From Iphione sp. A-MEVVRFRX5 (taxonomy: Eukaryota): a DNA stretch of 64,000 nt. Shown piece after piece: positions 10,856-24,966 of the stretch. A program made the translations under genes and the position numbers. Every line of letters begins with the position of its first letter. The first letter of the stretch is position 1. A model generated the notes under the pieces. The model saw nothing but the letters and a program-made list of their open reading frames with translations. It did no database searches and had not been told where the DNA came from. The stretch lies in contig OZ320318.1 of NCBI GenBank assembly GCA_976226885.1, forward strand, positions 57,164,001-57,228,000. Direction: 5' to 3'.

Positions 10856-13772
10856 TTTTCCTCCTTTGTTTTTATGGTTGACGTACAATCTTGGATGCAA
10901 TGGCAATCCCTGTTCATTACATCCCCAAATAAATAAATGTCATAGTACTGTGCACACAACTTGAGACTGGGTGCTATCTTCAGAAGCAATGTTGCCTAAG
11001 TTCTGAGAAGTGTTTTCCATGAATGTATGCCTCTATACCTGGCTGCCTTTGTGTTGTGATGTGGCCTGGCGGAAGAAATGTTCAAGGTGCTACAGACAGT
11101 ATTAAACAGTTATGATCGGAATATATCACCACAGTCCATTAACAAATACATGTTATGTCATGTCAAAACAGTAATGACAAGGCAAGTACTTTGAAAAATC
11201 CCATTTTGATTCTGTCGTTTATTTTCCCCTCACTGGCCATATTTATATGTTTATATCACTGGGTTTCACGCCTAAAACACTTCGAGGCCAGTGGTCTCTT
11301 GCAGTTTACAGCGGCTCGAGTGGTCTAAGGACTTGCCCACAAGCCTTTCCACACATACATGTCATACGTAATGTGCGAACTACATGTCTGGATGTATCTA
11401 ATGAAAACGTATACTCAAAATTGTGCATGCTTTGGTATCTCTTGGTAGCTTTATCTCGTCCTTTCCCCAACCTCACGCCCTCTTCCTCTCCTTCAGTCGT
11501 CCGCTTTCATACACTGCCTTGTTCTGTGCCAAAGTGTCTCACCAAGCCTGGCTGCCCAAACAAATTTCGCAACGGCATCTGCCTGTCGTTCTTTGCCAGG
11601 TTTTGATCATTTTGAACCCTGCCCAGATGATTGGGTACGTAAGCAATTAATTAAATGACTTTACAGTGGAAGGCCCACTGGCAGCTTACTCCGTGTGTTT
11701 GCGTTGACAAAGTCGATACTTGAACCCATGAATTTTCATGATGACCAAATACTTTCATTCAATTGAAGCCAAAATGAACTAATTTAGATACTGTTACATG
11801 TAAAATTAAAGCTACATAAGTCTCACAAAACGTTTGTACTCTGACCTTCACTTGACCTAATCCAAGCATATATAGGTACCTTGAATGCTTTAATATTAGA
11901 AGCATTCACATAACAATTTGTTCGTTTAATCAAAGTGGATTGCCGTCATTTATTTGAGCTGCCTGCTGTCCCAAAACTGTTCATCACTTTTACTTCATAG
12001 TCAGTCTAGCAGTAGTAGCTATGTCAATATACGAGAATTCATACAAATTTCGCTATTTCAGGCTACCACACAAACGGCTTTTAGGACATAGACGTAAAAC
12101 CACTCGAAAGTGTCAGACGTCTAAATCCCAGTTAATGGCGTCGAACAAATGTGTTGTTCTGGTAAACAGAACTCAATATTTAAGATGTCCAATTTCAGAC
12201 GGCCCCGTAAGAAGGACCGGTACGATCCTGCGTGTTTATTGTCAATAATATGTAGGCAAGCAGTGGCTGCAATCCTCCACCGCTCCAGCCTGATAAGCCG
12301 AAGCAATCGCCCGGGCGCCACGCGGCCCGTTTGAATGACCCTCGATCAGAGATACGAGTGTCACCATCTAGCGTGTCCTTGTCGCGCCGGGCTGATCGAA
12401 CTGGCTTAGGGAATGGTGCATTCTGTAACAAACGTCTCCATCGCCGCTTCTTCGCTCGGTATTTGCCCATTCTTGTCGTGTCAGAAGGTGGCGAGATTGT
12501 CTGCTTCTTCTGCGGTAGTCTATCAGGGACGACGCTGGAATGCTCCAATGTATCCTCCTTGGGATATACCCTTGATTAGATGTGGCGACATAATACACCT
12601 GTCTTGGGTTGTCTCCCAGCTTATAAGCACAGTTCAGTGTAATCGGATGATATCTCTACTTCACGATATGTTAGGAGTTGACATAAATGTATTCTATATG
12701 TGATGGGATATATTCAAAAAACGAAACAAAGCGAAAAGTGAAGCAAAAAAGTGAAATATGGCTCCAAAAATATCATTTTCGTGAAGGGCATAATTATTCT
12801 ATTGTTTATTTATTAATGTTAGGGGACATCTCCGGTATCAAGCAAATAGGGCAGACATTTATGGAAGGACCCGCAGAAGATTAAGGAAAGGTTATCTCCA
12901 GAAAAAAATTAGCCGCAATTAATCTTGAGGTTACAGTTTACCGGAGAGTAATTTCCCCAATATTGGTTTCGCCTTTTTAATTTCACTATAAAACGTATTT
13001 CATCAGCCTTAGTGGCGTTAAAAAATTAGGTTACATCATTATTTGGAGTAAATTTCTTTATTATAACATATCCCTATGTTTCAAGATCGATATCTGTGAT
13101 TCAGAATAGCACACGACACAAGGTTTTGTATAAATATTCGACACTGGTATATATAACATAGAGGAAACTCTCCTTGGCCCACACTTGCTCGTTTGCCAAA
13201 ACAGGTTCCTTGGATCTTCCTGACAATGGGCGTGGCCAAACGACTGACTGAGGCTGGCTGCAGACGGATTGGCAGTTTTCATTTCCTGACCCCAGAGCCC
13301 CGTGCGCTGCTCACCGTCTTTGTAGCCGCGCACGGACAAAGGTCACCAAAAACCTACCTTACGGCGGGTGACCAGGTTCTGTCGATCGATCTGGCATAAA
13401 TAAATGAGACGAGCGTGCGGCGGGCACTCTATGGATAGTAACTACTGCTTACCCGTCCAACACGGGTAATTTGTCATAGACACGCACCTGAGGAAAATAC
13501 AGGTGTAGGCGCAGAGAAGCAAAGATGGTAGGCTCCCTTTTCTTTGATGTACCGCTTCCTTTTCCTCACGCACCGCTTGCGCTTTAGGATCTAAAGCTAA
13601 GATAGTACCAGGACCAAGGTCATAGTTGCTAAATAGGGAACTTCCTGTGTTGAGTCGTTTGCGTGTCGGGTATAGGCGTGGAGCGCAACACCGACTAACA
13701 TATGGGCCTTGCAGGTAACAGGGACAAGCCTTTTCAATGATTAGAAAGACCCAGGCCATATGAAACATTTTT

Positions 13773-13786
13773 GCTCCCCCTGGCGG
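13773..13786 (-). promoter_or_regulatory. CTCF-like motif
   Basis: Minus strand reads CCGCCAGGGGGAGC, close to the canonical core CCACCAGGGGGCGC. Confidence 0.3.
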
Positions 13787-16700
13787 ACACCTCTATCATT
13801 AAAGCAGGCGCCTCCTCCGTAGCCCATCTGGATTAACCAGCTCACGCACATCCCAACTAAGTCCCCATCGATTCGGCCGACCGTACAAGAAGTGGGTCCT
13901 CATTGATTACTTGGTCCAATCAAGGGTTCTCCTACCTCTTATTGATTATCCCCTCTACCACTACTGCTACTCATAAATAAGGATTTCACTTATCCGCTAA
14001 GCGGTTCATGTGATACTGATTGGTAAATGTCTAATAGCTTTTCCCTTACTGCAGTAAAAGGAGAATAAAAGATGTAAACCTGCAGCGTAGTGTGTTTCCG
14101 CTTGTATTTCGTCTAGATAAATACCAGACATCTTCATGCAGCAGTTGCTCAGAGGTCTGTCCAGTCAAGAATAGCTATGTTTCTGCCTGTGACAAACATC
14201 ACTTTCTATCGACTACTACCATGCCGGGCCGTAGTATAACACAAGGAGGATTTCTTTCAGGTGACTGAGGGACACGTTCTTATCCCGGTTTTCTTTTTTT
14301 CTTTCGATTTTGGGTCGGTCTCAGATAACAGCTGTACTCGTTCCTGTTCACTGAGTGTAAATGCCTCCCCGTTATAGCTACAGTTTGAGTAGTGCCACTA
14401 ACGGTGTGAGAAGCGAATCTTTTCACTGAAATATTTTAGTGCCCTAGAAACTTAAAATTTCAATTATTGCAACGCATCTCAGTGAAGTGATCAAGACATG
14501 TGTGATGAATATTCATGAAGATACTTGTAATTGAATCAGAATCGCTTTCCTATCTTGCAAGCAAGCACACTGAAATCAAATTTTGTTACTAGAGGATGGG
14601 AACTATGACAGTGAGTTGTGTGTTTGATGGGTAACACTGCCAAAGAACATGTACATCTGTGCAGCCCTAGAAACCAGACTTACGGCGGTACCGACATAAT
14701 AAAACATTCCTTTAAATCACTTGTGCAGCAGTTGTAATGTTATTTATACAGATACTGGAACAGCCACGTGAACCTGCCATTTTGAGTATTTATAAAGGGT
14801 TTAAGCCCAAGTCGTCTTATGGGACGATAATGCAAGGTAAGGCAAGCACATTTCAATCGGTCAACAGTATATGGCAGTTATGGCATTTACGAGGACATGT
14901 GATTACATGCAGTGTAAAGATGACCAGTGGATTTCGCCGGCATGCGCCATTGATCGGTTTGCTCCAAGTGGCGCTTCCCGCCAGCCGAGGACATTAGCGG
15001 GAGGGCCAACAAGTCTGTGGGAATTGCTGTCTGTTTGCGATGAAGTCCGAATGGCTCTAGGATCTGATGAACAATATCGGGACCCTTGTCTGCCTCAGCA
15101 AATGCTGCACCGCTATTATACAAATAGCGACCGTACGAAATAGGTCAAATCGCCAGGACGATTGAGCCAGTACGCATTTATGCAGTTTCTCAGGCATATA
15201 TGCATGATATGTGCATGATACTAGCTGGTCCTGTGTTTAATCTGTTGCCTGAAATAAAGATTCTCATCCTGATTGGCTGAAGGGAATCTCACGCGATGGA
15301 AGTCTACGTTACCTCCACTGCTGAAGTCCTGATCCCCTCAACATGTTTAAGACATTCATTCTGAAAAAAAAGGGAAATTCCGATAATAAGATTCAGGAAT
15401 TATCCAACACGAAAGTGGATCAGGTCGTACGCTCCTTCCCACCTCAGAATCTGTTGAAAAAAGATCGAGTTTCAAATGATTCTCATTATTCGCCTTCTTA
15501 AAATGAAGCCGTGGCGGGCATATTAGAATTGCAAAAGAGAAGACAGAGCATTGTTTCCACCACATAGGGCAACGCCTCCCCCGCTTTTTTTATCGTAGTT
15601 TTCGACTCTGATTGATTCTTCATTACCAATGCAGATGTTAAACGACAATGCTCTACAGATTTGGTCCGACATTACGCAGAACGACACTTTCCTGCTGAAG
15701 CAGGGACAAAGAGACGAGATGAAAGTATGATAGGGTCCGGTAATTCACTTCACCCTAAATACAGTCGATGGAATAATACACTGGTCATTGTTCAGATGCG
15801 GCTTTAACCATATTGAGGTGTTGTATGCTGAATTGTACCCAGTTTAAGTTCACTAAGCTTGTGTCTACTTAGAATGTCTAGCGTGTTTTTAACAGCAAGC
15901 AGTGAACCGTTCTGATGGATGCAGAAATCCCAGTGAAGTACAGGCACACTGCGCGGCACGTCAATGAGGCAGTTGTTAATAGCACATTCAAAGAGATTGA
16001 TCACAAAGCCCTCGTGTGCTCGATAACTATTAAGATACTACTCCGGCAATGAAGTATCAGAAAGGCCCCGAAATGAAAGAGAATCTCATGAGGACCTGAT
16101 AAACTAGAGCACGTAAAAGACCAATCACCCCTGTTGTACAGGGTGGGATAAGGTGTTAATCAAAGTAGGACGGGATGTTTTCTTGTCGGAAACAAAATCG
16201 GCAAAAACATTTGGGTCGGAGGTCCAACGAAATGTGTCATTTGCTATAGCCATTTGCACGGCAATGGCTGAAAGCATGCTATATCGACATTTAGCGCAGT
16301 CCATGTTAATTGCACTTGCCCAGCATAATACTAGTTTAAAGTAGACAGGAAACTACTGCCGAGAGGTACGGTAGGGCTTCATCAACCCTCATAAGTGTTT
16401 AACCAGCTAGCTTGGCAGTTTAGTGTATCCGTGACACGTTAACCTATGCGCTCTCTCACTCGCAGAAAAGCCCTTGTTGGAAGGCACCTGTAGGTGTATA
16501 ACCTTGGTATAGTGTTCGTTCGCTATTTTACTCATGGTTTAACACTATGGGCACTCAAGCGTGAAGGCCACACCCGCCCCATCGTCTATAGATCGTTGAG
16601 CAGTTATGACTGGCGGGCACGCCTGAGTGACTATCGATAAGCACATCGCTTACGGATGCATTGGACAGTTGCTTCTCGGCGAAGCTCACACCATCCCGGG

Positions 16701-19700
16701 ATGCTGACAGCTATGGCCAAGAGGCCTAGAGGAACCACTATACAATGTACTTAAATATGAAGTGTATCCTGAGGAAACTGTTTCTTCTCATCACTGATTG
16801 ACGAACAAAACACTTTTGAGGTAATAGTTGATGGGAGAGCTAGACAGTTTTTTTTAATTGTTTAGGACAAAAACACGATATCAGTCAGCATGATGGAACA
16901 GGATAGAGACTGTATACTGATGACAAGGTGAAGTCTTCGAACACGTTAAATGATTACGCAGAAGGGGAGCAAATAATCTGTTCCTACATGTAAGACGCTT
17001 GATACGTCCAAACACAAGGGCCCTGTATGAACCCGGTGAACATCCCTAGGCAGCCAACAGCTCCCTCCAAGGCGTTGTATCGACCACTCCTCCCCAGAGA
17101 CCGGGTAAGGAGCGCTGAGGCTGCTGTACTGGATGAGAAGGCGGGCGGGGGTTCCAATGGCGTTGCCCAAGCCCACTTCATCCGCCGTCCCCATTCACCC
17201 GACGCTCCAAGCGGGCACTGAGGGCGAAAATTTCTCTGGCCTTCGTTATTGCCTTTCATCTTGTTATTTACCCTTAGATGTTCTGCGCCTGCCTATCTAG
17301 GGTGCACTCCAGTTAACTGCCCAGTGCTGTATCAGATGAGGCCTCACATGAAATGCATATCTGAGTCAATCTAGGGGGAAAAAGGAAACTAATGAATGAA
17401 AAAATTCTAAATAATTAGACAAAAGGGGATGTTTAGGTGAAATAGAGGAAACATGTACATACTAAACACTACTCTACGTGAGGAAAATTGGTCTGCAATT
17501 GCTTTCCGAGTGGTACAAAGAGCCACGTGAGAATAGATAATGGGGAATGGTGGTATATGACGCTGTTGGTTTGTTCACCATATGCGTTATGCTGGCGGCC
17601 ATGAGTCGGTGGGTTGATAAGTTTCCCTGGTGATGCGTTGTCGGGTGAATGGGTTCTGTCCTGTGGTGCGACTAATTCATTTGAACCACTGTGACCCACT
17701 GGCCCATGTTGAAAGTGTCAATCACTTGTACACATGCTGGGAGGCTAGTGGCCCGTCTGTAGGCGTGTTGGCACCGCCGCCTCTCGGAGACCCCTGTTGC
17801 CCCTCTTCCAAATCCAGGCAGATGTTGCCATGGAAAGTGCCACGAGGAGAGCATAAAAAGTACATTTTGACGGGGCGCCACTGTCCAGAGGAATCCTTTC
17901 AGCATGCAATGGCCCTCGGGCAACTGATTTGCATGTTGGGCTGGTGTTAAAGGGGAGTGTCAACTGTATCAAACCAAAGGTCTGAAAGGTTGTTAAAATC
18001 AAGGATAAAATCGGCCTAGAGCAATACTGATAAGGCAAACCTTTAGACCGGCAGAAAAAAAAGATATTGCACCATGAAAGTGTGACTGCCTCATCCTTTC
18101 TCTGCAATCATAAAAGAGCTTCTGTAGAGAGTGCTATTTGAAATTTCGCGGAGGACATTTACAGCCCGTTGATGAATCGCCATTGACGCACCCAGGGTTC
18201 ACCTTTGAGGCAGTTCATCATAGTTGCTAACATGTTAATGATATAGCTCACCACTATGACAAATGCGGCCTTGCGACCCCCTATGCGGTCGGCTTCTAAA
18301 CGACCACGTCTTAGGCCTGCTTGCAGTAATAGTATTCCCCAGCCCATGAACTCTGAGCGATAAAACCCTATCAGGGATGTACCTTTTCCGATCTTCTATC
18401 TCTTGGGAGGTAGTTTAAAGGGTCGGACCTTGTCTGAGTGACCTCGAGAGGCAGGGAAGGTGCTAGGATGGACATGAAAAACACTGTTCATTCAGGAACA
18501 GTACAAATAAATCTGTTTCAATATACGTATTACATGTATTTTTTACTGATGAGTACTAGGGAACTTCGGCTTATACATAATGTATGCTTTGATTTTAAAT
18601 TGCAGTAAAAATTAGAGTAAACAAATACTCCTGTCACGGACGTGAGGACGTGTACATACGTATACATCTAATGCATAAAATCGCCATTTTAGATGATTGG
18701 GCCTAAAATCTGTTTCCAGGTAGCATGTGGAAAAAATGTTGGGTCGGTAGATTTTTTGCTTTGTATTTCTCTCACTGTTAATTCATATTGACAACAGAAA
18801 ATGTATACCAGAATTACTTCTACTGCTTAGATTTTAATGAAACTGGTACCATGCAAAAGCTGAAGAACTACGGAGGATGCTAGCGTATTGTATAAGTCTC
18901 TAGTCATTATTCATCTGAAGATATTCACAAAACAATGCAAAAATAAAAAGTTACAATCGGCCACAATGTAGGATCGGTCAGGTTACCGGAAACACAGATA
19001 GTTTTTAATAGGTCCGATGTTGTTTACTACAATTAGTATGGTTGAAATAAGTCCTTTCTCTCTGAACAGAAGATCATAGATACGACCTTCAAAGCACGGT
19101 GTATTCTTTCTTAATAAAATGGGGCCTCCTAGTGTTACTGCCATTGACAATAAGCCGAAAATAACACAACTGCGCTCCCTAGTGTTATCGGTGTTGACAT
19201 ATTAGATAATAAAGATCAATATATGTGATGTTATCTGAGAATAAAGCATCGTCATTAAACCACAGTGATTCAGGTTTAATCAAAACGTCTGGTTGTAAAA
19301 AATAACATCTTATAGTGTGAAAGCAATACGAGGCAGTATCATGTGGCCTTTTTCTGAAGAATGAATTACGTCTTACAGTACGTATTTGTATGATGTTGCC
19401 ATCGCATTCAAGTGAAATGACAACGAACAGGGGAGCGTGATGGGTTGGATGCTTGCCACTCTTTACCCTCACCATTTCATAACAACGCATGCAATAGGCA
19501 TTCTGTTTTCTTGCAATATTATAGCTTCGAAGAGAAATACGGCTAGCCGTAAAACTGGAAATTTCTAGTGTGGCATCCATATGGGTGTGTCCAACACAGC
19601 ATAGTAGATAGCTTATGATCTGCAAACATTGATGGACCATGCTGTTGTTGTAAGGCACGTATCAGCGAATGACGTGGAAACAACAGCTACGAAATGTAAA

Positions 19701-22445
19701 TGGCACAAACATGAATGCATATTAACGTTTCTGTGTAGGTATACTGCTCGTAGCAGGTGAGTCAAGTAGATATTTATGCACTGGCGGGCACTTTGCATTG
19801 AGAAGTGCCGGGGAAAATAGACAGATACTGTCAGATACATTGTATGAGCATAAGAAAAACGTTAATGGAGGGTTTCGAAGGGTAGATTAAATATGTAGGG
19901 AGCTTAATGTGGGATAAGTTGCTTCTGGGATGTGAAAAAAGGAAAGCTTCAGAAAGATATTCATTTAAACAAGTCACATGTAAACAGAGGAGAAATCGCA
20001 GTGGTATACAAAAGGGTCAATAGGTATCATGTATTGACAGATATAATGAACTGATTTAGAACTGAGAATATTAGCATCATAGTGGTTGTCTACAATCTAT
20101 TGGGAATTACAATCTCAGGCCGGTTAGACAGTGAATAACTGTTTTCCTTATAACTACATCTTATGTGCTTCCATGTTCATTATAACACTTGAATCATAAA
20201 CTCCGCTTCCTCTTTTCCAAAATGTGTAGAACTTTGATAAAAATGTGCTTTATGTGAAACTTTCACGAAAATATAGAAACAAAAACATCATAATAGAATT
20301 ACGTTCATTATGAACACACTTTAGTCTATCTCTTAACCTGATGCTCACAAATCTAACAAAACTTTCAATGACTTGTTCCCACTAAAGAATGCAAGACAAT
20401 ATCAGAGGCCTGTAGGTTTCGAAAGGTCAAGAATGACAGGTATAAACAATTGTAAGATAGCAATAAAACAGTGGTAAATGTTAGAAAAGGGAATTTTTGT
20501 ACAGACACTTGCAGCAGAAAAATAGCGAGTCACTCTGCAGATGATATTGCTAGACAGGTCTCCGACATACCAGCTTTTTTCCATCTTATTCAGTATATAC
20601 CATAAATGAGCATAGTTCATCCCAAACGACTGAGGAGAATCCTCCGCGTCTTGTTAGAGCTCCTGTGCCAAGTTGCGATTAGTCCACAATTCTGCCAAAG
20701 AATTGGCCAGTGACGCCGTTGACAAGTAGCAACAAGTGCCATGGGCTCCATTGTTTTATGAAGCTGCTTCATCCCAAGATGATCCACTGCTGGACACAGT
20801 GCTCATACATGATGTCCATAACAGCTGCCTCGGCAATCATGCAGCATGGAATACATGTACCGTCATTTGAAGGCCCCATCTGCGGTGCTTTGAATTGGTC
20901 ATGGGCACGCCATTCAGTAAAGACCTTCGCCTTCCACATAGTACCCGACATACCCTTTTATATCCTCCACGCCATCAGTTAGTTTAAGGAGGGTTTACGT
21001 GCAACCAACATGACCCAGATGTGGCAGACACCCGTGCATCCATCAATGTCATGCATAGATATTCGAATCACTAGGTGCATGATGAAGCGAGAGAACATAA
21101 TATGTTTCTTCCCTACAGAGACAAGAGAGCACAGAGTGCGCAGGTCAGAATAAAAACATCTTTTCGATTGTTTCTGATATAACGCAGGTATGGCTATGGC
21201 AGCTATAAATATATACAACTTGTATGTAAAGTCCAGCATATCAAACGTCATAAAAAGCTTTAGGAAAGCTCCTTATATGAAGCCTCTTTCAAATCTTTAA
21301 CAACAAACATTTATATTTAAAGGTGAATATCTACTGTTATAATCACGTTACGCTTATATTGTATACAGTTGTAACTGATGTGGTATCGTCTGCTTCCTCT
21401 GATACCCCTGTGTTAGATCCGATCTATCAGAGTCAATCATGCCTGCTTTTTCCACGCCATGAACGGCTGTATGTTACGCTAGTGGCTGTGGCAGTATTTT
21501 ATATATTAATATGGACAGAAACGGCCGTGCAGCCATTCCAGTTTTCGCCATACAGAATTTTCCTTTATGCCAAACAATGATCTGGAGTATTATTTTTAAA
21601 GTGTATATATATACATGTATATGCGTTTGCCATCGAATATATCCCTGTTGTAAATTAGATTGTACATATTTTTACCGACCATCTCGGTAACGCGGCTTTA
21701 TTATCATTAATCAGCAACATTGAGCCACGGACTAAATGGAAGGGTGAATATAATTAAGCATCTATCTATCCACGTTGTCGGAACACCTCAGCAACGAGGC
21801 TCATTTCTAGCGGTTGACTGATATTTTCCTCTCCCTTAAACTTGGTATATCAGACACTGCTTTAAATGGGTCCTTATTTGCCAAGTGGCAAGCGCATCAA
21901 GTACAAATATTATTCTATGAAACAGAGATACATATGTATGTAATTTGTATGCAGGTGATGTAATGGATTTCAGATTCTACATTTCCCACCAACTGCATAC
22001 TTTCACTCTATAGCATAAAAGGTTTTATTTACAGGTTCGCCTTTGTCCCATTTTTACACACTCACTTCATTGGCTTCATAATGTTTATCTGAAAGCACGT
22101 AGTACATTTACATGCAAACATCCTCAACGACTCCCCTGAGTGAATTGTTATTGAAAAGGTATGCCGACAATATTTTCTTCATGTAACTACAATGTAGAAT
22201 GATTCTCTCGAAATTTCACTTCCTTATGACAATGTTCAGCATACTGGAGCTGCTCCAATCAAAGCATATTACACATTTTAAAGCAGTTTTTGGGACTTGT
22301 TCGATCTACCACACAAGACGTATAATTTAATGATAGGAGACCAGACAACAGATAACTGAACTCCAAAAACAGGCACCGAGAGATCCTTTGAGGATTTTAT
22401 GGCCTACTACCGCTGGTTAGCCCTAGATCCGTCTAGACGGCGCCA

Positions 22446-22472
22446 ACACGCACAAACACACACACACACACA
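22446..22472. repeat. (CA)n microsatellite
   Basis: ACACGCACAAACACACACACACACACA. Confidence 0.9.
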
Positions 22473-24915
22473 TTCACTGGGCAGGGCCCAGAGTAAGTGT
22501 CTACGGTCTCTCTCGGTCAACCCGCTCATATCAGCTGTACCACTGGAGAGGACACTAAATACTTGCCTATAATGGCGATGGCATTGTGCTGGCCCATCCT
22601 GCTTTAGGTGTCCTGTGTCCGTGTCTCCGATCTGAGCTGGGCTAAGCAACAATAGCAACCTGATCAGATGCATCGGGGCGAACATAAATCCTGCTTGTCG
22701 GGATGTACCCGTGATAAGTCTAGCATTGCTTTTCTGCTGCCAACCCAGACGAGGGGGACACGTGTAAGCCCCAGGAGTAAATGATCGATAAACGTTGCAC
22801 TGTTTTCACAGTTGTATTGTGCCACTGCCTTGTCGCCTTATTGTTTCTTGATCCCACAATCTAGAAATATATGCAACTGCCCTGTTCCCTCCTGCAAAGG
22901 TCCTCGGTGGGGTAAACCTATAACAGAATCACTGTAATTTTGTTTAACGGTATAAATTCTTATGCCAGGCAGAGCTTTGAAGACAATGTTTAAGTGTTAC
23001 TGGCTCCTTTTTTGTAAATCATCCAATATTCAGAATAGCGCAGATTGAAAAGTGCAAAAGTAATTTTCGTAATTGTAGCGGCAGCCGTATACAAAATACG
23101 ATACACATCACTGTGCGTGCTAGTTCTATTTGATTGACGTTAAAAAACAACGAGAAATATACATGTAAATGTGACATCAAAGTGATGTGGGTCTCTGCTA
23201 TATAGGGCGGTCCTGAAAGGAGAACTGGTACCTTCCCAGATCCATCCTGAGAACTGCACCTTATAAATGCACTCGCCACAATATCTGTCCCGCAAAGGGA
23301 ACGACTTTCACTGGGGCAGCCGTTTGTTTGCCAAGAGCGTTAACGCCGATGCACTGCTGGGCTTTCCTCCAGAGGCCTTTTCTGGAAACATCGGAGAAAC
23401 CAACTTAGCTCGACGGCCTAGAATGCACCCGCCATAAGGGCTGGTGTTGCTTCTTTGGCAATAATTGACTGCCTGTTGGCGTGGGGGCAGGAGATTGGGG
23501 GATGGGATGGCGAACTCCAACTGCTATAAGAGCGCGGCCACGGTAAATGAGAGAAACCAAAGGGAATGCGGGAATTCCTCCCAGGCGCTGCTGTTTGTTA
23601 TGGATGTTGGCACAGGATGGTAGTCTACGTGGTACGTTTGCTCTCATGTGCGCTGGAGAGGCCAGGGTAAAGATGAGAAGGCAAACGCGGATGTTGTGCC
23701 GACTGTTGGAGGGAAAAGCATATCGGTGTGGATGGGGGCCGTATGGTAATGAGGAAAACGGGCTTGCGTCGGAGGTGTAGGAAACGCCTCCTCATGGATG
23801 GACAGAAGTAATATTAAATGATTACCTTATTCGGGTTACGTGGCCGTGAAAAATTGTAGGCCGAAATTGGCAAAGGGATTCGCAGTCTACATGACCTCCT
23901 TCTACTACATAAAAATGATTGTTTTTCAGTTTTTAAGAAATGAAACAGATTTTGTATGACATCTATGCCTTATGTCTCGTGGCCTCATTAAAAGTTTCAT
24001 GGTGTAAGCACAATACCGTGCGACGAAATATATCCTATATCTATATGCACATAAATATGACGGGACTTTCCCAAGGACTTACTTATCTTACTCTCAAGGT
24101 CTAACATGGCTGAGACTGTAATGTCAAAAGCGGCGAATTTGAGTAGAAGTATTTGTTTCATGGGACAAGAGAAAAACAGCCGCTGATGGGATATGACCAA
24201 GGAGTAATCCGCCCTTTCCCGCGCCGAGATCTATGGGTACCTCTTTTTCCGTATCCTTTAGGATGAGCACCTACATCCAGTACATTGAGTGAACGATTAT
24301 CGCTTCTCATGACATAGATCCGATGCCACGTGAGGACCTAAGACACGAGTCTTTTGTAGCAGACGGCCATAACGTGGGCACATCTCCAATTACTAGTGCT
24401 CCTAGGACCATTACTGGGACATACCCTTACCTTCGTCAATGCATTCATGGTCCCGTCAAAATCTGCAAGTGGCATATCTGCGGTGCCATATGGGATAAAA
24501 TGGACCGTTAACATAAATGGATGAGGCATAGGCTTTTCCTTGAATTGTGGTGTAACCGGACAGGTGGACAGAGATGTACCATATGACGGCATATATTTTC
24601 AGGACAGGCCTGCAACAAGTTGGCTCCTCTTGGATTGTACTGTAATATTTCTCCGCACGGTTCTGCCTGCCTCGGAACAAAATTACGTTGAAACCGACCT
24701 ACCGATTAATCAGGTAAGAGTAAAGATAAATTTGAAACATTAACAGGATAACGGACGAAACTTTGAAGAAACACATTGCTGGTACGGGTAGCTCTTTCTG
24801 GCATTACCTTGTATTTTTCCTCACAAAATCTGGCAATATATGAATATCAGACTGGACAGAAACAAATGATTTGGGTCGATATACTTACATTTACATGTGT
24901 CGTGTCCTTCTCCAA

Positions 24916-24966
24916 GCGGTTAAAGGAAACTGTACCCGCATGCAAGTGCGCAGCTTCTCATAGACC
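24916..24966 (+). repeat. Dispersed repeat, TTAA-AGG start (Kolobok-like end), copy 1
   Basis: GCGGTTAAAGGAAACTGTACCCGCATGCAAGTGCGCAGCTTCTCATAGACC differs at 3 of 51 positions from 40807-40857. Confidence 0.7.

Larger units (their letters stand above)
7599..10857 (-). mobile_element. Ngaro-type (DIRS order) retrotransposon with split direct repeats, internally deleted (no tyrosine recombinase)
   Basis: Minus-strand order is A1 (10855-10748), gag-like, RT, RNase H, partial B1 (7910-7859), A2 (7860-7754), B2 (7753-7599). RT motifs: LTYGFPLDY, NHPSA, GAVYGPFNDPPF, RRVILDMSFP..SVN, IPFG. Connection: VARCVPPARVFVGRLL..DLKW. RNase H: HISQVEA..GKVVKVRCDSMAAV. Confidence 0.85.

Noticed and set aside
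11305-11345. tRNA-Leu/Ser-like A box (GCTCGAGTGGTCTAAGG); B-box-like sequence at about 860-900 on the minus strand
   Set aside because: No complete cloverleaf or paired A and B boxes. At most these are SINE-head debris.
12195-12548. 117-aa minus ORF with a basic stretch (GKYRAKKRRWRR)
   Set aside because: No recognisable domain or clear splice boundaries, and overlapping ORFs in several frames point to a GC-content artefact.
14251-14266. Polypyrimidine-CAG|GT sites (also about 13710, 26086 and 52309) as recursive splice points
   Set aside because: The regenerated donors are weak (not GTAAG/GTGAG), and no host intron is established.
20640-20960. Possible Gypsy integrase zinc-binding remnant (LHDC..GHH..RRHWP) on the minus strand
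   Set aside because: Too many stops and too little motif identity to support a call by eye.
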